Virus record (IMG/VR): IMGVR_UViG_3300049142_000128
Location: 1-64,000 of that record
From: a virus
Lineage: Duplodnaviria; Caudoviricetes
Reading direction: 5' to 3' (one strand)
DNA length: 64,000 nt
In this document: positions 1 to 9,865 of the stretch, piece by piece
Layout of the letters: every line of letters begins with the position of its first letter
Numbering within the stretch: position 1 is the stretch's first letter
Notes under the pieces: generated by a model
What the model was told of the DNA's origin: nothing
Seen by the model: only the letters and a program-made list of their open reading frames with translations
Database searches by the model: none
Made by a program: the position numbers and the translations under genes

Positions 1-22
1 GCCCCGCCGCGCTGGGGGGCGG

Positions 23-487
23 CTAGAACGGGGGCTCGTCGTCGGCAGCGGGGCCGGACGGGGGCGGGGCGGAGCCCCACGGGTCGTCGGCCGGGCCGCT
101 GCCGCGAGGTGCGCCTGCGCTGTCGCGCGAGACCTTGTTGACCTTCGCGGTGGCGTAGCGCAGGGAAGGGCCGATCTCGTCGACCTCGAGCTCGATGACG
201 GTGCGCTTCTGCCCGTCGTGCTCGAAGGACCGCTGCCGCAGCCGGCCCGACACCATGACGCGCATGCCGCGGGTGAGGGACTCGGCGACGTTCTCCGCGG
301 CCTGCCGCCAGATGTTGCAGCGCAGGAACAGCGCGTCGCCGTCCTTCCACTCCCCCGACGCCTTGTCGAAGGTGCGCGGGGTGCTCGCGACGGTGAAGTT
401 CGCGACGGCCGCCCCGGACGGGGTGAACCGCAGCTCGGGGTCAGCGGTGAGGTTCCCGATGACGGTGATGACAGTCTCGCCTGCCAC
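23..487 (-). CDS. ssb: Single-stranded DNA-binding protein
   Basis: [36 protein letters not shown]... and acidic tail DDEPPF; GTG start at 487 with GGAG RBS. Confidence 0.95.
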   Translation of the reverse strand: MAGETVITVIGNLTADPELRFTPSGAAVANFTVASTPRTFDKASGEWKDGDALFLRCNIWRQAAENVAESLTRGMRVMVSGRLRQRSFEHDGQKRTVIELEVDEIGPSLRYATAKVNKVSRDSAGAPRGSGPADDPWGSAPPPSGPAADDEPPF

Positions 488-525
488 GAGGGCTCCTTCC
501 AGGGGTGATGTGTCGCGGCGTGGGC

Positions 526-900
526 TCAGGAGCAGCCGGGCTCGGCGAGGGCGGCGCAGTCGTGGCAGGCGGTCGCGCTGGAATTTCGGACGGCGATCTC
601 GCCGAACTCGCCGCACGCCGAGCACCGGTCGCTGGCGACGGCGTGGATGGCCTCCATGTAGGGCCGATCGAGTGCCTGCACGTCAGGGCTGAGCTGCTCG
701 AACGGGATCAGGGACCTGTGATCCGGCTGGGTCTCGTTTCGCCAGAGCGCCCATGCATCGTGGACGTCGCGGAGGGTGGTGTCGGCCCCTTTCGCCAGGA
801 CGAGAAGGGCATAGAGCCGCAGCAGTTTCGGATCGTTTCCGGGGATGAGCTGGTCGAGGCGGTCGACGATCTGCTGCACGTAGTTCACGGTGTTGGTCAC
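526..900 (-). CDS. Hypothetical phage protein with RyR-repeat-like motif
   Basis: HDAW...[19 protein letters not shown] resembles the RyR repeat core; coding-like ORF in the early operon. Confidence 0.6.
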   Translation of the reverse strand: MTNTVNYVQQIVDRLDQLIPGNDPKLLRLYALLVLAKGADTTLRDVHDAWALWRNETQPDHRSLIPFEQLSPDVQALDRPYMEAIHAVASDRCSACGEFGEIAVRNSSATACHDCAALAEPGCS

Positions 901-913
901 CAGTTCTCCTGGG

Positions 914-1150
914 TTAGGCGCCGGGCGCGAAGCGCAGGCGGGGGTCGTTGAGGTTCGGGCCGGACCTGATCCGGGCGGAGTGGCCGATGTGGAAGCCGGT
1001 GCCGGGGCATGCCGGGTAGACGCGGAGGGCGCCGGCGTTGCCGTAGCGGGCGCGCATGGCGCGGAGCACCGCGCGGGCGCTCTTCTTCGAGAACCAGCCC
1101 TGCTTCCCGCAGTCGTCGCAGGTGAAGTCGGTGGGGACGCGGGTGTTCAC
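914..1150 (-). CDS. Small Cys/His (zinc-finger-like) phage protein
   Basis: CDDCGK...YPACPGTGFHIGH; GTG start inferred at 1150. Confidence 0.55.
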   Translation of the reverse strand: MNTRVPTDFTCDDCGKQGWFSKKSARAVLRAMRARYGNAGALRVYPACPGTGFHIGHSARIRSGPNLNDPRLRFAPGA

Positions 1151-1235
1151 CGCGCACCCCCCGAGGGGACCGGGGCGGCGGCGAGCACCGCCGCCGCCCC
1201 GGCGGCCGCGCGCGGCGCGGCAGGCGCGCGCACCG

Positions 1236-2216
1236 TCAGGCCTCGTCGGGCTGTGCCTGCTGCCCGGCCCAGAAGCGGTCGACGATCTCGCGGTCCTCGT
1301 CGGTCGGCTCTGCAGGCGGCGGACCGACCTCTGCCTCTGGCTCCGCGACGGCGGCACGCCGGCCTCGCCCGCGGCGGACGTCGCTACCGCCGGTGAGCTC
1401 ATCCTGCGACACCGACGTCGCCGCCGTCGGGAACTCCTGCTCCTTCGTCACCTCGCGCGCCTTGAGCGACTTGTAGGTGACCAGCAGGTGCGCGACGTCT
1501 TCCGCGTCCCAGCGGCGGGACTCACGCCCGACCTTCGCGACGAGCTGCTCCTCGGTGATGCCGAAGTCGTTCCGGAATGCTGCGATCGCGCCCGCGATGC
1601 GCTCCTCGAGCGGCTTGCCGTCGCCAGCCTTCAAAGTGGCCCGGCAGATGTCCTGTGCCTCGCCGACGAAGTCGTCCGGGAGCACGGCGAAGATCGCCTC
1701 GCGGACGCGGCGAGCACCGACGTTCGCGTTGTTCTCGTAGATCTCCTGGGTCTTCTCGAGCTTCCTGGTCGTCCGGCCGACGTCCTTCTTGTGCGGGACG
1801 ATGAACGTCTGCTGCGACCGAGCGTTCGTCTGCAGGTCCCACGCGTAGGCCTGGATCTCGGACTGCCCGTACTCGTCGTCCTGCCGCAGCTCGGTGATCC
1901 CGTAGTCGACGTTGCCCCAGATCCGCGCCAGCTCCCGGGCGAGGTGCACCGACGGGCCCTCGACGGTGTCACCGCTGCGGGGCAGCTTGTAGAAGGCCCT
2001 CTCGGCAAGCCGGTAGCGGCCGCAGGCGGCCCGCATTCGCCGGTAGGCGTCCTCCTCGTCGCGGGGCACGTCGTGGGCGAGCCGGACCCGGAAGTACACC
2101 TCCGACTGCGCGCGGGACTGCTCGACCGCGGTGCCCTGGCCGATCCGGGCGGGACCGGCAGCCGGCAAGTTCAGCGGGACCGTGGCGGCCTGGTTGCGGA
2201 CGGCGGGCTGATTCAT
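1236..2216 (-). CDS. Probable single-strand annealing recombinase (RecT-like partner of RecE)
   Basis: EGPSVHLARELARIWGN motif; overlaps the end of the upstream exonuclease; ATG at 2216. Confidence 0.65.
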   Translation of the reverse strand: MNQPAVRNQAATVPLNLPAAGPARIGQGTAVEQSRAQSEVYFRVRLAHDVPRDEEDAYRRMRAACGRYRLAERAFYKLPRSGDTVEGPSVHLARELARIWGNVDYGITELRQDDEYGQSEIQAYAWDLQTNARSQQTFIVPHKKDVGRTTRKLEKTQEIYENNANVGARRVREAIFAVLPDDFVGEAQDICRATLKAGDGKPLEERIAGAIAAFRNDFGITEEQLVAKVGRESRRWDAEDVAHLLVTYKSLKAREVTKEQEFPTAATSVSQDELTGGSDVRRGRGRRAAVAEPEAEVGPPPAEPTDEDREIVDRFWAGQQAQPDEA

Positions 2217-3205
2217 GCGATCTCCTGGGAGGTGATGGGGTCGTAGTCGCCGCGCTCCCAGGCGTCCTCGTGCTGCCGGATCGCCCAGGGCGGGAGGCTG
2301 GTCTTGACGAGCTGGTCGGCGCCGTAGCCCGGCCAGTGGCCGGTGGCGGCGCAGTGCCGGTAGATGGACAGGGCACGCCCGTTCAGACGGGCACCCCAGG
2401 TGAGCGCGTCCTCGTCGAGGTAGGTGACGGTGACCAGGTGCGGAGGCGTCTTCTCGACGAACACGAACACGAACGCGGGCTCGACGCCCTGGTGCAGGCC
2501 AAGGGCCTTCGCGCCGGCGAGGTACCAGTCGGCCTGCTGCCCGTATCCGTAGGTGTGCACGGACTTGCTGATCGATGTCGGGTCTGCGGACGCGGTGCTC
2601 TTGACGTCGACGATGATCAGCCGCTGCCCGTCGGTGACCTGCTTGTCGAGCATCGCCCGGCACATCACCCCGGTCTCGGGGTCCTGCCAGACGAGGACCT
2701 GCTCGACAGGGCCGTCGCGGTCGAGCAGCGGCCCCGCGACGGGGTGGGCGCGGACCGTGTCGGCGATGTCCTTCACGGCCTGCCACTCGTGGGCGAGGAC
2801 GGGGACCCGGCCAGCGGCGTATGCCTCGTCCCGCTGAGCCTTTGCGGCCTTCGTCCGGTAGCCGTCGGCTTCGATGACCTCGACCGGTTCGCCCACGCCG
2901 AGGATCTCGGAGTGCACGGCGTGGCCGATGTCGAACTCCCGCTTCGGGGGCTGCCCGTTGTCGACGTAGTGCTTGAAGAGGGCCGGGCACGACGGGGGGA
3001 GGAGCTTCCGGGCGCCGGTGGAGGAGAGGCTTCCGCCTGCGACGGGGTCGGCGTGGTACACGTGCGCGGGCATGTCGTAGACGCCCCGCTGGGTGATGCG
3101 GATCTGCGGGGGGCGTTCCTCGCAGAACGCCTCGTGGAGCGCGGCGCGCATCGTCGGCGAGTCGGCGAGGTTCGGGGGCTGGTCGTCGGGGTTCACGCCG
3201 TCCAC
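2213..3205 (-). CDS. RecE/exonuclease VIII-like PD-(D/E)xK nuclease
   Basis: YHADP...SLSSTGARKLL, CRAMLDK...IVDVKST, YGYGQQADWY motifs. Confidence 0.85.
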   Translation of the reverse strand: MDGVNPDDQPPNLADSPTMRAALHEAFCEERPPQIRITQRGVYDMPAHVYHADPVAGGSLSSTGARKLLPPSCPALFKHYVDNGQPPKREFDIGHAVHSEILGVGEPVEVIEADGYRTKAAKAQRDEAYAAGRVPVLAHEWQAVKDIADTVRAHPVAGPLLDRDGPVEQVLVWQDPETGVMCRAMLDKQVTDGQRLIIVDVKSTASADPTSISKSVHTYGYGQQADWYLAGAKALGLHQGVEPAFVFVFVEKTPPHLVTVTYLDEDALTWGARLNGRALSIYRHCAATGHWPGYGADQLVKTSLPPWAIRQHEDAWERGDYDPITSQEIA

Positions 3206-3450
3206 CTCGGGAACTCCGCCGAGACGACGGTGAGGGTGTCGCGGGCGAGGACCTGCGGGTTCGGGTGGCCGTCGGCGATCAGCCGGAGGGCGGTGAGGAG
3301 CAGCTGATCGGCGAGGCCGTGTCCGTGCTCGGGGTCGTCCTTCCCGATGGCGGTGAGCCGGTCCCGCACCTCCTCCGGGGTGATCTTCTGGGCGCCGAGG
3401 CCGAGGACGTAGCCGGGCAGCTCGGCGAGGATCTCTGCGTTGCTGCTCAT
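3193..3450 (-). CDS. Hypothetical phage protein
   Basis: MSSNAEILAELPG...; translationally coupled overlaps in the early operon. Confidence 0.55.
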   Translation of the reverse strand: MSSNAEILAELPGYVLGLGAQKITPEEVRDRLTAIGKDDPEHGHGLADQLLLTALRLIADGHPNPQVLARDTLTVVSAEFPRWTA

Positions 3451-3698
3451 CGGGGGTCGTCCCTTCCTTCTCGGCGGTCTTCGGCGGCTTCGATGCGGAA
3501 CCGGTCGCGCTCCTCGGCGGCCAGCACGGCGCGCGGGGTGAGGCGGCCGGAGCGGCGGGCGGCCAGCTCGGCGAGCCCGTCCTGGCGCTGCAGCTCGCGC
3601 ATCCGCGCCCGGTAGGCGAGGCACTCCTCGACCGTCATCCCGGCGGGAGGGTGGACCGGCGCGTCGGGGTCGAGGAGGTCAGTGCGGACGTCGATCAC
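3447..3698 (-). CDS. Hypothetical phage protein
   Basis: VIDVRTDLLDPDAP...; 4-nt overlaps with neighbours. Confidence 0.5.
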   Translation of the reverse strand: MIDVRTDLLDPDAPVHPPAGMTVEECLAYRARMRELQRQDGLAELAARRSGRLTPRAVLAAEERDRFRIEAAEDRREGRDDPR

Positions 3699-3901
3699 GG
3701 CTGCACCGCCTCGGGGCGGACCTCGGCGACCCAGGCGGCCAGCATCCCGACCATCTCGGCCTCGGTGCCGCGCGCGGACGCGGGCAGCGCGGTCGGAGCG
3801 ATCTGCCCGGCGGCGAGCCGCTCGACGAGCGCGTCGTCGGACTTCAGCGCGGCGACGTCGAGGACCTCGGGCGCCTCGCGGGCGCGGCGGGAGCCGCTCA
3901 T
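3695..3901 (-). CDS. Hypothetical phage protein
   Basis: 68 aa ORF with 4-nt overlaps at both ends. Confidence 0.55.
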   Translation of the reverse strand: MSGSRRAREAPEVLDVAALKSDDALVERLAAGQIAPTALPASARGTEAEMVGMLAAWVAEVRPEAVQP

Positions 3902-4389
3902 GCCATCCGCCCCGAGTAGTCGACGATGTGGCGGGCGAGCGTCCAGACGAGGTCCGGGTCGAGCCGGGCGTCGCCTGGCTTCCCGGCCGCGATGCGGCGG
4001 GCCAGCAGCCCGGCCGGGAGCGCGGCGGCAATCCGCTCGGCCGCTTCGTGGGTGAGCCAGCAGTCGCCGCGGTCCTCACCGGCGGCGTTGTCGTAGGAGA
4101 CGAACAGGCGGGCCGAGTGGAAGTCGTCGGAGTCGCCGTCGGAGTCGGTGAGGATCTCGGCGTCGACGGCGGCCGGGGGCACGCACAGCAGCTCGGCGAG
4201 CGTGACGATCGACCAGCGGGAGTCTCCGTCGGGCGGCGCGGGCAGCACCCCGCTCGGCTGCGGGTCGGGAGCGGGGTCGCCGGTCATGGGGTCGAGGCCG
4301 CGCAGGGCGCGGACGAGCATCACGTAGGAGTCGTCCGGCAGGTCGCGGTCGAGCGCCGCGGCCCGGATGACCTCCTCGGGGACCCTCAC
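3898..4389 (-). CDS. Hypothetical phage protein
   Basis: 163 aa ORF with coupled overlaps and coding-like composition. Confidence 0.55.
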   Translation of the reverse strand: MRVPEEVIRAAALDRDLPDDSYVMLVRALRGLDPMTGDPAPDPQPSGVLPAPPDGDSRWSIVTLAELLCVPPAAVDAEILTDSDGDSDDFHSARLFVSYDNAAGEDRGDCWLTHEAAERIAAALPAGLLARRIAAGKPGDARLDPDLVWTLARHIVDYSGRMA

Positions 4390-4586
4390 CGCGCCTCCCC
4401 GGAGGTCGCGGTGATCGACTTGATCGCGGCGCCGTGCTTGTTCGCGGCGAGCTTGGTGCGGACCCGGATGAGCTGGTCACCGGGCAGGTTGCGGTCGAGC
4501 ATGTCGCGCGTCAGGTCGTGCAGCTCGCGCAGCGTCATGCCCTCGGGGCTGGCCGCCTGGTGGGTGACGATGATCTGGGTGCTCAC
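4386..4586 (-). CDS. Hypothetical phage protein
   Basis: VSTQIIVTHQAASPEGMTLRELHDL...; coupled overlaps. Confidence 0.5.
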   Translation of the reverse strand: MSTQIIVTHQAASPEGMTLRELHDLTRDMLDRNLPGDQLIRVRTKLAANKHGAAIKSITATSGEAR

Positions 4587-4975
4587 GAGGGCGCTCCTCC
4601 GTGTCGGGGGCAGTGGGTGTGGCCGGGGGCCGGGGGTTCGGAGCACTGCTGGCGGCACCCGCCAGCGGTGGAGACGAAGGCGCAGCGGGCGCGCTCCGTG
4701 GGGCGCAGGAGGGCGGCGACCGTGCGCTCGTCCGCGGTGATGGCGCGAGCGGCAGGCAGGGAAGGCGCGAGGAAGAAGTCGCCGCCCGGGTTCTCGGGGG
4801 TGATCGTCGTGCGGTCGGTGACGCGCCACGGCGTGCCAGGACCTTCGAGGCGCTCGAAGTCCCACCGGTCGTCGGCCGACCGGGCGTTCCACACCTCGTC
4901 CTGCTGGGAGACCAGGTGGCGGCGGCGGACGGTGGCCGTGTGGTTGAGCGCGATGCGCTGCTGGGCGCCCATCAC
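4583..4975 (-). CDS. Hypothetical protein with C-terminal Cys/His cluster
   Basis: C...C...C...HCPRH at the C-terminus; coupled overlaps. Confidence 0.55.
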   Translation of the reverse strand: MMGAQQRIALNHTATVRRRHLVSQQDEVWNARSADDRWDFERLEGPGTPWRVTDRTTITPENPGGDFFLAPSLPAARAITADERTVAALLRPTERARCAFVSTAGGCRQQCSEPPAPGHTHCPRHGGAPS

Positions 4976-5352
4976 GCGGCCGTCGCCGCGTCAGCGTGAG
5001 CGCGCACGGGGATCGGGACCTCGATCCGCAGCGCGGTCGGCACCGGGTACGCGAGCAGCTGGTTGATCTCGGCTCCTGCGCAGCACCGGGCGACCGGCAC
5101 GCGGTAGATCCAGGCGCTCCCGGCGCGCTGGTAGACGACCTCCGCTTCGGCGTCGTTCGGGGCGTCCTGCGCCTCGGGACACCCGGCGCAGGCGTCGAGT
5201 TCCGCCGGTTCGACGAACACGATCTCCACGCCGTCGCGGTGCAGCGCGCTGTGGATGTCGAGCGCTGCGGACCAGTCAACGAGCAAGCTGTCCACCGTCT
5301 TGCCAGTCACTAGACAGGCTGGTGACGCGGGCGCCTCGTACACTGACGACAT
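4972..5352 (-). CDS. Hypothetical Cys-rich phage protein
   Basis: CAGC...RCC; start uncertain. Confidence 0.45.
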   Translation of the reverse strand: MSSVYEAPASPACLVTGKTVDSLLVDWSAALDIHSALHRDGVEIVFVEPAELDACAGCPEAQDAPNDAEAEVVYQRAGSAWIYRVPVARCCAGAEINQLLAYPVPTALRIEVPIPVRAHADAATAA

Positions 5353-5455
5353 CGGCCGTCCTTCCCAGGTGTGGCGGTCGTGGGGCTTGGTCGGGCCCCG
5401 GGCCCTGTCGAGTTGGCGCTCGGCAGGGCCCCGACCTTTCTTGCCCAACCCTACC

Positions 5456-5491
5456 GCTAGTTGCCTCTAGTTTCCACTCTGAGTTGCCTGT
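5456..5491 (+). promoter_or_regulatory. 10-bp-period direct repeat (TAGTTKCCTS-like), candidate operator
   Basis: TAGTTGCCTC TAGTTTCCAC TCTGAGTTGCCTG in an intergenic gap; related copies at 11391-11420, 11511-11529 and 12401-12418. Confidence 0.5.
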
Positions 5492-5581
5492 TGGGGATTT
5501 CTATCACCCGGTCCCCGAAACGCCGACTGCCGCACCCGCGAGTCGCGGATGCGGCAGTCGAAGGGCCGGCGAGGTGGCAGC

Positions 5582-6124
5582 TCAGGCTGGCGCCTCCCCG
5601 AGCACCGCGCGCCCGATGTCCTCGACTACGTCCGCCCACTTGGCCCGCGGATCCATCACCTCGGCGATCTCGCGGAAGCTCACCGCGGTGAAGACGAGCC
5701 CGCCCTCCTCGGCCGCCTTCGCCGCGGCCTCGAGCCGGGCCGGCCAGTCCACCTGGGCGGGGCCGGCGAGCACCTCGCGAGCCCGGCTCAGCACCGCAGC
5801 CGCGTCCAGGCGCACACGCGGCGCCGGGCGCAGCCCCAGCAGCCGGCCGATCTCCTCGACCGCCGCCCGGTCCTCGGCAACCTCGGCGGGCTCCTCGGTG
5901 AAGTCCGTTCCGCCGTGGTCGCGGAGCAGCCGCAGCGCGGCCCGGCCGGCGTTGTGGCGCCGCAGCTGCCGGAGCACCGCCGCGGCGAGCCCGATCTGCT
6001 CGCAGTTCGGGCTTGCGCCGTTGAGCAGGTTCACCAGGCGGGACACGTCGTGTGTGCCGGTCGCAACCAGGACCACGACCGGGTCGCCGTGCTCGTCGTC
6101 GTAGGCGCGGGTCTCGTAGCTCAT
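5582..6124 (-). CDS. Hypothetical phage protein
   Basis: 180 aa coding-like ORF coupled to the upstream gene. Confidence 0.6.
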   Translation of the reverse strand: MSYETRAYDDEHGDPVVVLVATGTHDVSRLVNLLNGASPNCEQIGLAAAVLRQLRRHNAGRAALRLLRDHGGTDFTEEPAEVAEDRAAVEEIGRLLGLRPAPRVRLDAAAVLSRAREVLAGPAQVDWPARLEAAAKAAEEGGLVFTAVSFREIAEVMDPRAKWADVVEDIGRAVLGEAPA

Positions 6125-6564
6125 CGGACAGCTTCCTTGGGTCCGGACGGTCCGTTCAGGATCCAGAGCGCGGCGTTCTCGCGCGGGTCGTCCGTCAGCG
6201 GCGGCTCGACCATCTCGCGGGCTCGCTGCTCGATCGGCTCCAGCTCGGCCACTCGGGCAGCAAAGGCATCAGCGGCTTGCCGGACGAACTCGGCGGCGGC
6301 CACGGGGTCGTCGCCTTCGGCGCGCAGCGCGCGAAGCACGTCCTCCTGCAACTTCTCAAGCTTCGTCGCGAGCTGGCGCGTCGTCTCACGATGCTCAGCC
6401 AGCTCAGCGGCGGCGTCGTACACCCACATCGCCCCCGCAGTGTCGCCGTGAGCGGACAGAGCATGCGCAGGCAGGTGCTCGAGATCGACCGGCTTGCGCC
6501 GGCGCATGGCGGCGGCCGGCATCGGCGGGTTTCGGCGCTCGAACTCCCCGGCGGTGGTGATCAC
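6121..6564 (-). CDS. Hypothetical coiled-coil phage protein
   Basis: GTG start at 6564 overlapping the upstream stop. Confidence 0.5.
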   Translation of the reverse strand: MITTAGEFERRNPPMPAAAMRRRKPVDLEHLPAHALSAHGDTAGAMWVYDAAAELAEHRETTRQLATKLEKLQEDVLRALRAEGDDPVAAAEFVRQAADAFAARVAELEPIEQRAREMVEPPLTDDPRENAALWILNGPSGPKEAVR

Positions 6565-6887
6565 GCGGCGCCCGCCATCTCCGCAGCAAGGGCGGCGCCG
6601 ATCGGGGACGCGAACGGGTCGCCGTCGGCCGGCGTCCACTCGATCCCGGCGAACTCGACCGGGGCTGCGAGGTCGAACCCGCGGGCGCCAGCGGGCGGCT
6701 CGATGGGCGCCACCGTGCTGGACGGCGCGACCTCCCGCTCCGTGTGCTCGTCAGTGCTCTGCGACAGCGACTGCTGCTCAGTGCTCGGCTGCTCGTCCGG
6801 GCGCACGTCGACGTCCTGCACCGCGGGCTCGTCGTGCACGGCGGGCTTGCGGGTCGTCCTGGCGGTGCGGGTGCGGGTGGTGCTCAT
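6561..6887 (-). CDS. Hypothetical acidic low-complexity protein
   Basis: MSTTRTRTARTTRKPAVHDEP...; RBS-like GGAAGG upstream. Confidence 0.45.
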   Translation of the reverse strand: MSTTRTRTARTTRKPAVHDEPAVQDVDVRPDEQPSTEQQSLSQSTDEHTEREVAPSSTVAPIEPPAGARGFDLAAPVEFAGIEWTPADGDPFASPIGAALAAEMAGAA

Positions 6888-6925
6888 GTCGGTCGTTGCC
6901 TTCCTGGGTCGGTGGTGCGGTCGAG

Positions 6926-9865
6926 TCATGACGCCGCCTGCTCGGCGGCGAGGATCTGGTCGAGCGTCGGGAGCGGAGTGCGCTGCGCGCGGGCCGGCGG
7001 GCGGCGGGTCCGGCCGAGGCGGCGATCGAGCTCGGCGACCGCGTCGGCGTTCTTCTTCGAGATGCGGTGCCGGTCCAGCTGGAGCGCGCGGCCGTCGTGG
7101 CCGATCTCGCGGGAGATCCACGCCTTCGGCCAGCCGCGCATGACCATCCAGTCGATGAGCTTCCACGTCGGGCCGGCCGGGACGAGCCCTCCGTGAGGGC
7201 CGGCGCCGGTGTGCTCCTGCGCTGCTTCGACGGTGAGAGCGAGGATCCGCCGCTCGCGCTCCGGGTCGATGCGGGAGACATGCCCGTACGCGATGTTGAT
7301 GATCGACTTCGGGTTGACGCCCGCCGCGCGAGCGAGCGGCTTCTGCCCTGCGCCACGGGCGATCAGCTTCTGCAGGTGCTCGCGCGCGGGCCCGGCATCG
7401 ACCAGGTCGGTAGCGATCTCGCCGCTCTGCCGGCGGCGCTCGTAGTCCGCGTTCGCGTCGCAGCACGAGTCGCACCGACAGCCGCGGGCGTAGGCCCACC
7501 GGTGCCCGTGCTCGACGTCGTCCCGGACGGCACGGTCCGCCAGGTCGGGCCGAACGGTGACCTCCCACTCCCAGCCCGGCACCTGCTCGAGCGCGGCGAC
7601 CCGGTCCGGCGCCAGCTCGCCGCGGCGGTAGGACTGGCGCTGGACGGTGCACCAGCGCGACAGGTTCAGCTCGTGGTCCGGCAGCTGCTCGACATGCTCG
7701 TACGGGACCCGCGCCGTATGGGCTCGGGTGACGTACTGGCGCAGCGCGAGGTAGCCGAGCCGCCAGGCGGTCTCCGCCTTCTCCCAGCGCAGCGGCTGCC
7801 AGTCGTGGCGGCCGACCAGCTGCAGCTCCAGCTCGAGGGCGGGGTGGAGTCGGCCGGTGTAACGGCGGCGCCGCACGGCGGTGAGCCACGCGCCGAGCGG
7901 GAGGCCGTCGTCGTGGTGGTAGTCGTGCGGCGGGTTGAGGTCGTGCTTCCACGCGCCGTACTCAGCGAGCGCGTCGACCATGCGCGCGTCGTCGTCCGGG
8001 ACGAGCCCCCACCGCCAGCAGGGAAGCTGCTCAGCCGCGCGCTCGAGGTGGCCGGGGAGCTGGCCCCGACGCCGGCGGGCCGCGGTGTCGACGGCGAACT
8101 CGGCGAGGCTGCGGTACGCGCGGGCGCCGGGCTCGGCGCTCCCGGTCCAGCCCGGGGTCTCTCGCAGCCACTCCCACCGTTCGAACTCCGACACGCGCGC
8201 CGCGCTGTGCCGGCGCTTCCACGCCGCGGCCGCCCGCCACCACGCCACCTCACGGGCGTTCCACGCCCAGCCGGGCAGCTTCTCCAGCGCTTCGACGCGG
8301 GCCGGTTCCAGCGTTCCCTGCTTGTAGAGCGTGCGCTGCCGGACGACCCAGGCGCCGAGCGCGACTCCTTCTCGACGGACCTGCTGGCTTGGGCGCGCCA
8401 CCCCGTGCTCGCGCGCGTGCGCCACGAGCAGGTCGTAGCAGTGCCACCACGATGCGCCGGTGCGGTCGAGCGCACGCAGCATCCAGCGGTCGATGTCGAG
8501 CCCGTCGGGCAGCTCGACGTGGAGCTGCGGCCCGTACCGCTGGTCACCCCGTCCGGGGCGGTAGCCGCCGATGCCGCCCGGTGTGGTGCGGGCGCGCAGT
8601 CGCGCGGCGAACCGCGGGTCCATCGACGCGAGCGCGCGCAGGGTGATCCAGACGTGGCGCCAGGCGGTGCTCGACAGCTCGGTGTCCTCGTCCAGGCCGC
8701 TGCCGGTGGTGACGGCGAGGACGACGCGGCCGCGTTCCTTCCCGGGAGCCAGGCGCATCGCCCGGCCGACGGCCTGCACGATGTCGACGGGTGAGGTGCG
8801 CGGTTCGGCGAACACCACGGTGTCCACCGCGGGGACGTCGACGCCCTCGGTGAGGATCCGCGCTGACGCCAACACAGCCGCGTTTCCTGGGGGTGGGTCA
8901 GCGAGCCGCGTGAGGGCGGCGGCGCGCCGGTGCGCGCCGTGCCGGGCTTCGAGGTGCTCGGCCTGTATCCGGACGCCGTCGGCAAGTTGGAGCCTGTCGA
9001 GGTGCCTTGCGAGCTCGCGGGCGTGGTTCACGCGGGAGTGGAAGGTCAGCAGGCGTCGGCCGCCGTCGCGGATGGCCGCGAGCACGGCGTGCATTGCGCC
9101 CGGGGCGTCGGCCGGCCCGGCGCCGGGCCGGACGGCGAGGACCTCGACGTCGTAGTCGACGAGCCGGCCCGCCGCGACGGCGTCGGCGAACGTCGCCCGG
9201 TACACGGTTGGCCCGAAGAGGGCCTCGTCGTCCAGGGACAGCGGCGCGGTGACATCGTCGAGGTCCGCGTCGGCCGTCCAGGCCGCTGCCTCGACCGGGG
9301 TAGCGGTGAGGAAAACGCGGCGCCGGGCCGGGAGGGCGTCATCGTCGAGGACGGCGCGGAACTCGCGACGCGGCTGGCCTGCGAGCCGATGCGCCTCGTC
9401 GCACACGATGAGGTCCGCGACGACGCCGGCGCGCTGCAGCGCTGCCGCGACGCGGGGCGCGGAGTGGTAGGTGGAGACGATCACGCGGGCGGGTCCGCCG
9501 CCGGCGAGGAACGCGTGGATCGCGCGCTCCGACGTGGAGGCGGTCACCGAGGCACGAGCCCAGGCAGGCAGCTCGAGGTCGTCGAGTGCGACGGCTCGAC
9601 CCGACCCCGGATCCGAGCACACGATCATCGACTGGTGATGCCAGGAGGTGTCCGAGCGCCACGCCAGCAGGGTCTGTGGGACCAGGGCGAGGCTCGGCAC
9701 GAACACGACGGCGAGGCGGGCACCGAGCTGCTGGGCGAACCAGCGCCCGAGGAGCGTCTTCCCGGAGCCGCAGGGCATCACGACAACTCCGCGGCCGCGC
9801 TTGCCGAGCCGCTCGTGCAGGCGGTGCAGCGCCTGGCGCTGAAGGGCGTGCGGTTTGCCCGTCAT
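6926..9865 (-). CDS. SF2 DEAH helicase with helicase-associated (HA) repeats and C-terminal Cys/HTH region
   Basis: Walker A MPCGSGKT, CDEAH, TATP, LTEGVDVP, QAVGRAMR; repeated W...Y..L / LGAWVVRQR...G.L...R...LE..PGW.W units; C-terminal GCRCDSC and HTH-like segments. Confidence 0.85.
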   Translation of the reverse strand: MTGKPHALQRQALHRLHERLGKRGRGVVVMPCGSGKTLLGRWFAQQLGARLAVVFVPSLALVPQTLLAWRSDTSWHHQSMIVCSDPGSGRAVALDDLELPAWARASVTASTSERAIHAFLAGGGPARVIVSTYHSAPRVAAALQRAGVVADLIVCDEAHRLAGQPRREFRAVLDDDALPARRRVFLTATPVEAAAWTADADLDDVTAPLSLDDEALFGPTVYRATFADAVAAGRLVDYDVEVLAVRPGAGPADAPGAMHAVLAAIRDGGRRLLTFHSRVNHARELARHLDRLQLADGVRIQAEHLEARHGAHRRAAALTRLADPPPGNAAVLASARILTEGVDVPAVDTVVFAEPRTSPVDIVQAVGRAMRLAPGKERGRVVLAVTTGSGLDEDTELSSTAWRHVWITLRALASMDPRFAARLRARTTPGGIGGYRPGRGDQRYGPQLHVELPDGLDIDRWMLRALDRTGASWWHCYDLLVAHAREHGVARPSQQVRREGVALGAWVVRQRTLYKQGTLEPARVEALEKLPGWAWNAREVAWWRAAAAWKRRHSAARVSEFERWEWLRETPGWTGSAEPGARAYRSLAEFAVDTAARRRRGQLPGHLERAAEQLPCWRWGLVPDDDARMVDALAEYGAWKHDLNPPHDYHHDDGLPLGAWLTAVRRRRYTGRLHPALELELQLVGRHDWQPLRWEKAETAWRLGYLALRQYVTRAHTARVPYEHVEQLPDHELNLSRWCTVQRQSYRRGELAPDRVAALEQVPGWEWEVTVRPDLADRAVRDDVEHGHRWAYARGCRCDSCCDANADYERRRQSGEIATDLVDAGPAREHLQKLIARGAGQKPLARAAGVNPKSIINIAYGHVSRIDPERERRILALTVEAAQEHTGAGPHGGLVPAGPTWKLIDWMVMRGWPKAWISREIGHDGRALQLDRHRISKKNADAVAELDRRLGRTRRPPARAQRTPLPTLDQILAAEQAAS

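Noticed and set aside
1236-2990. 584-aa ORF as a single protein
   Set aside because: The N-terminal part is Arg/Pro-rich and overlaps the exonuclease in another frame; the real gene starts at 2216.
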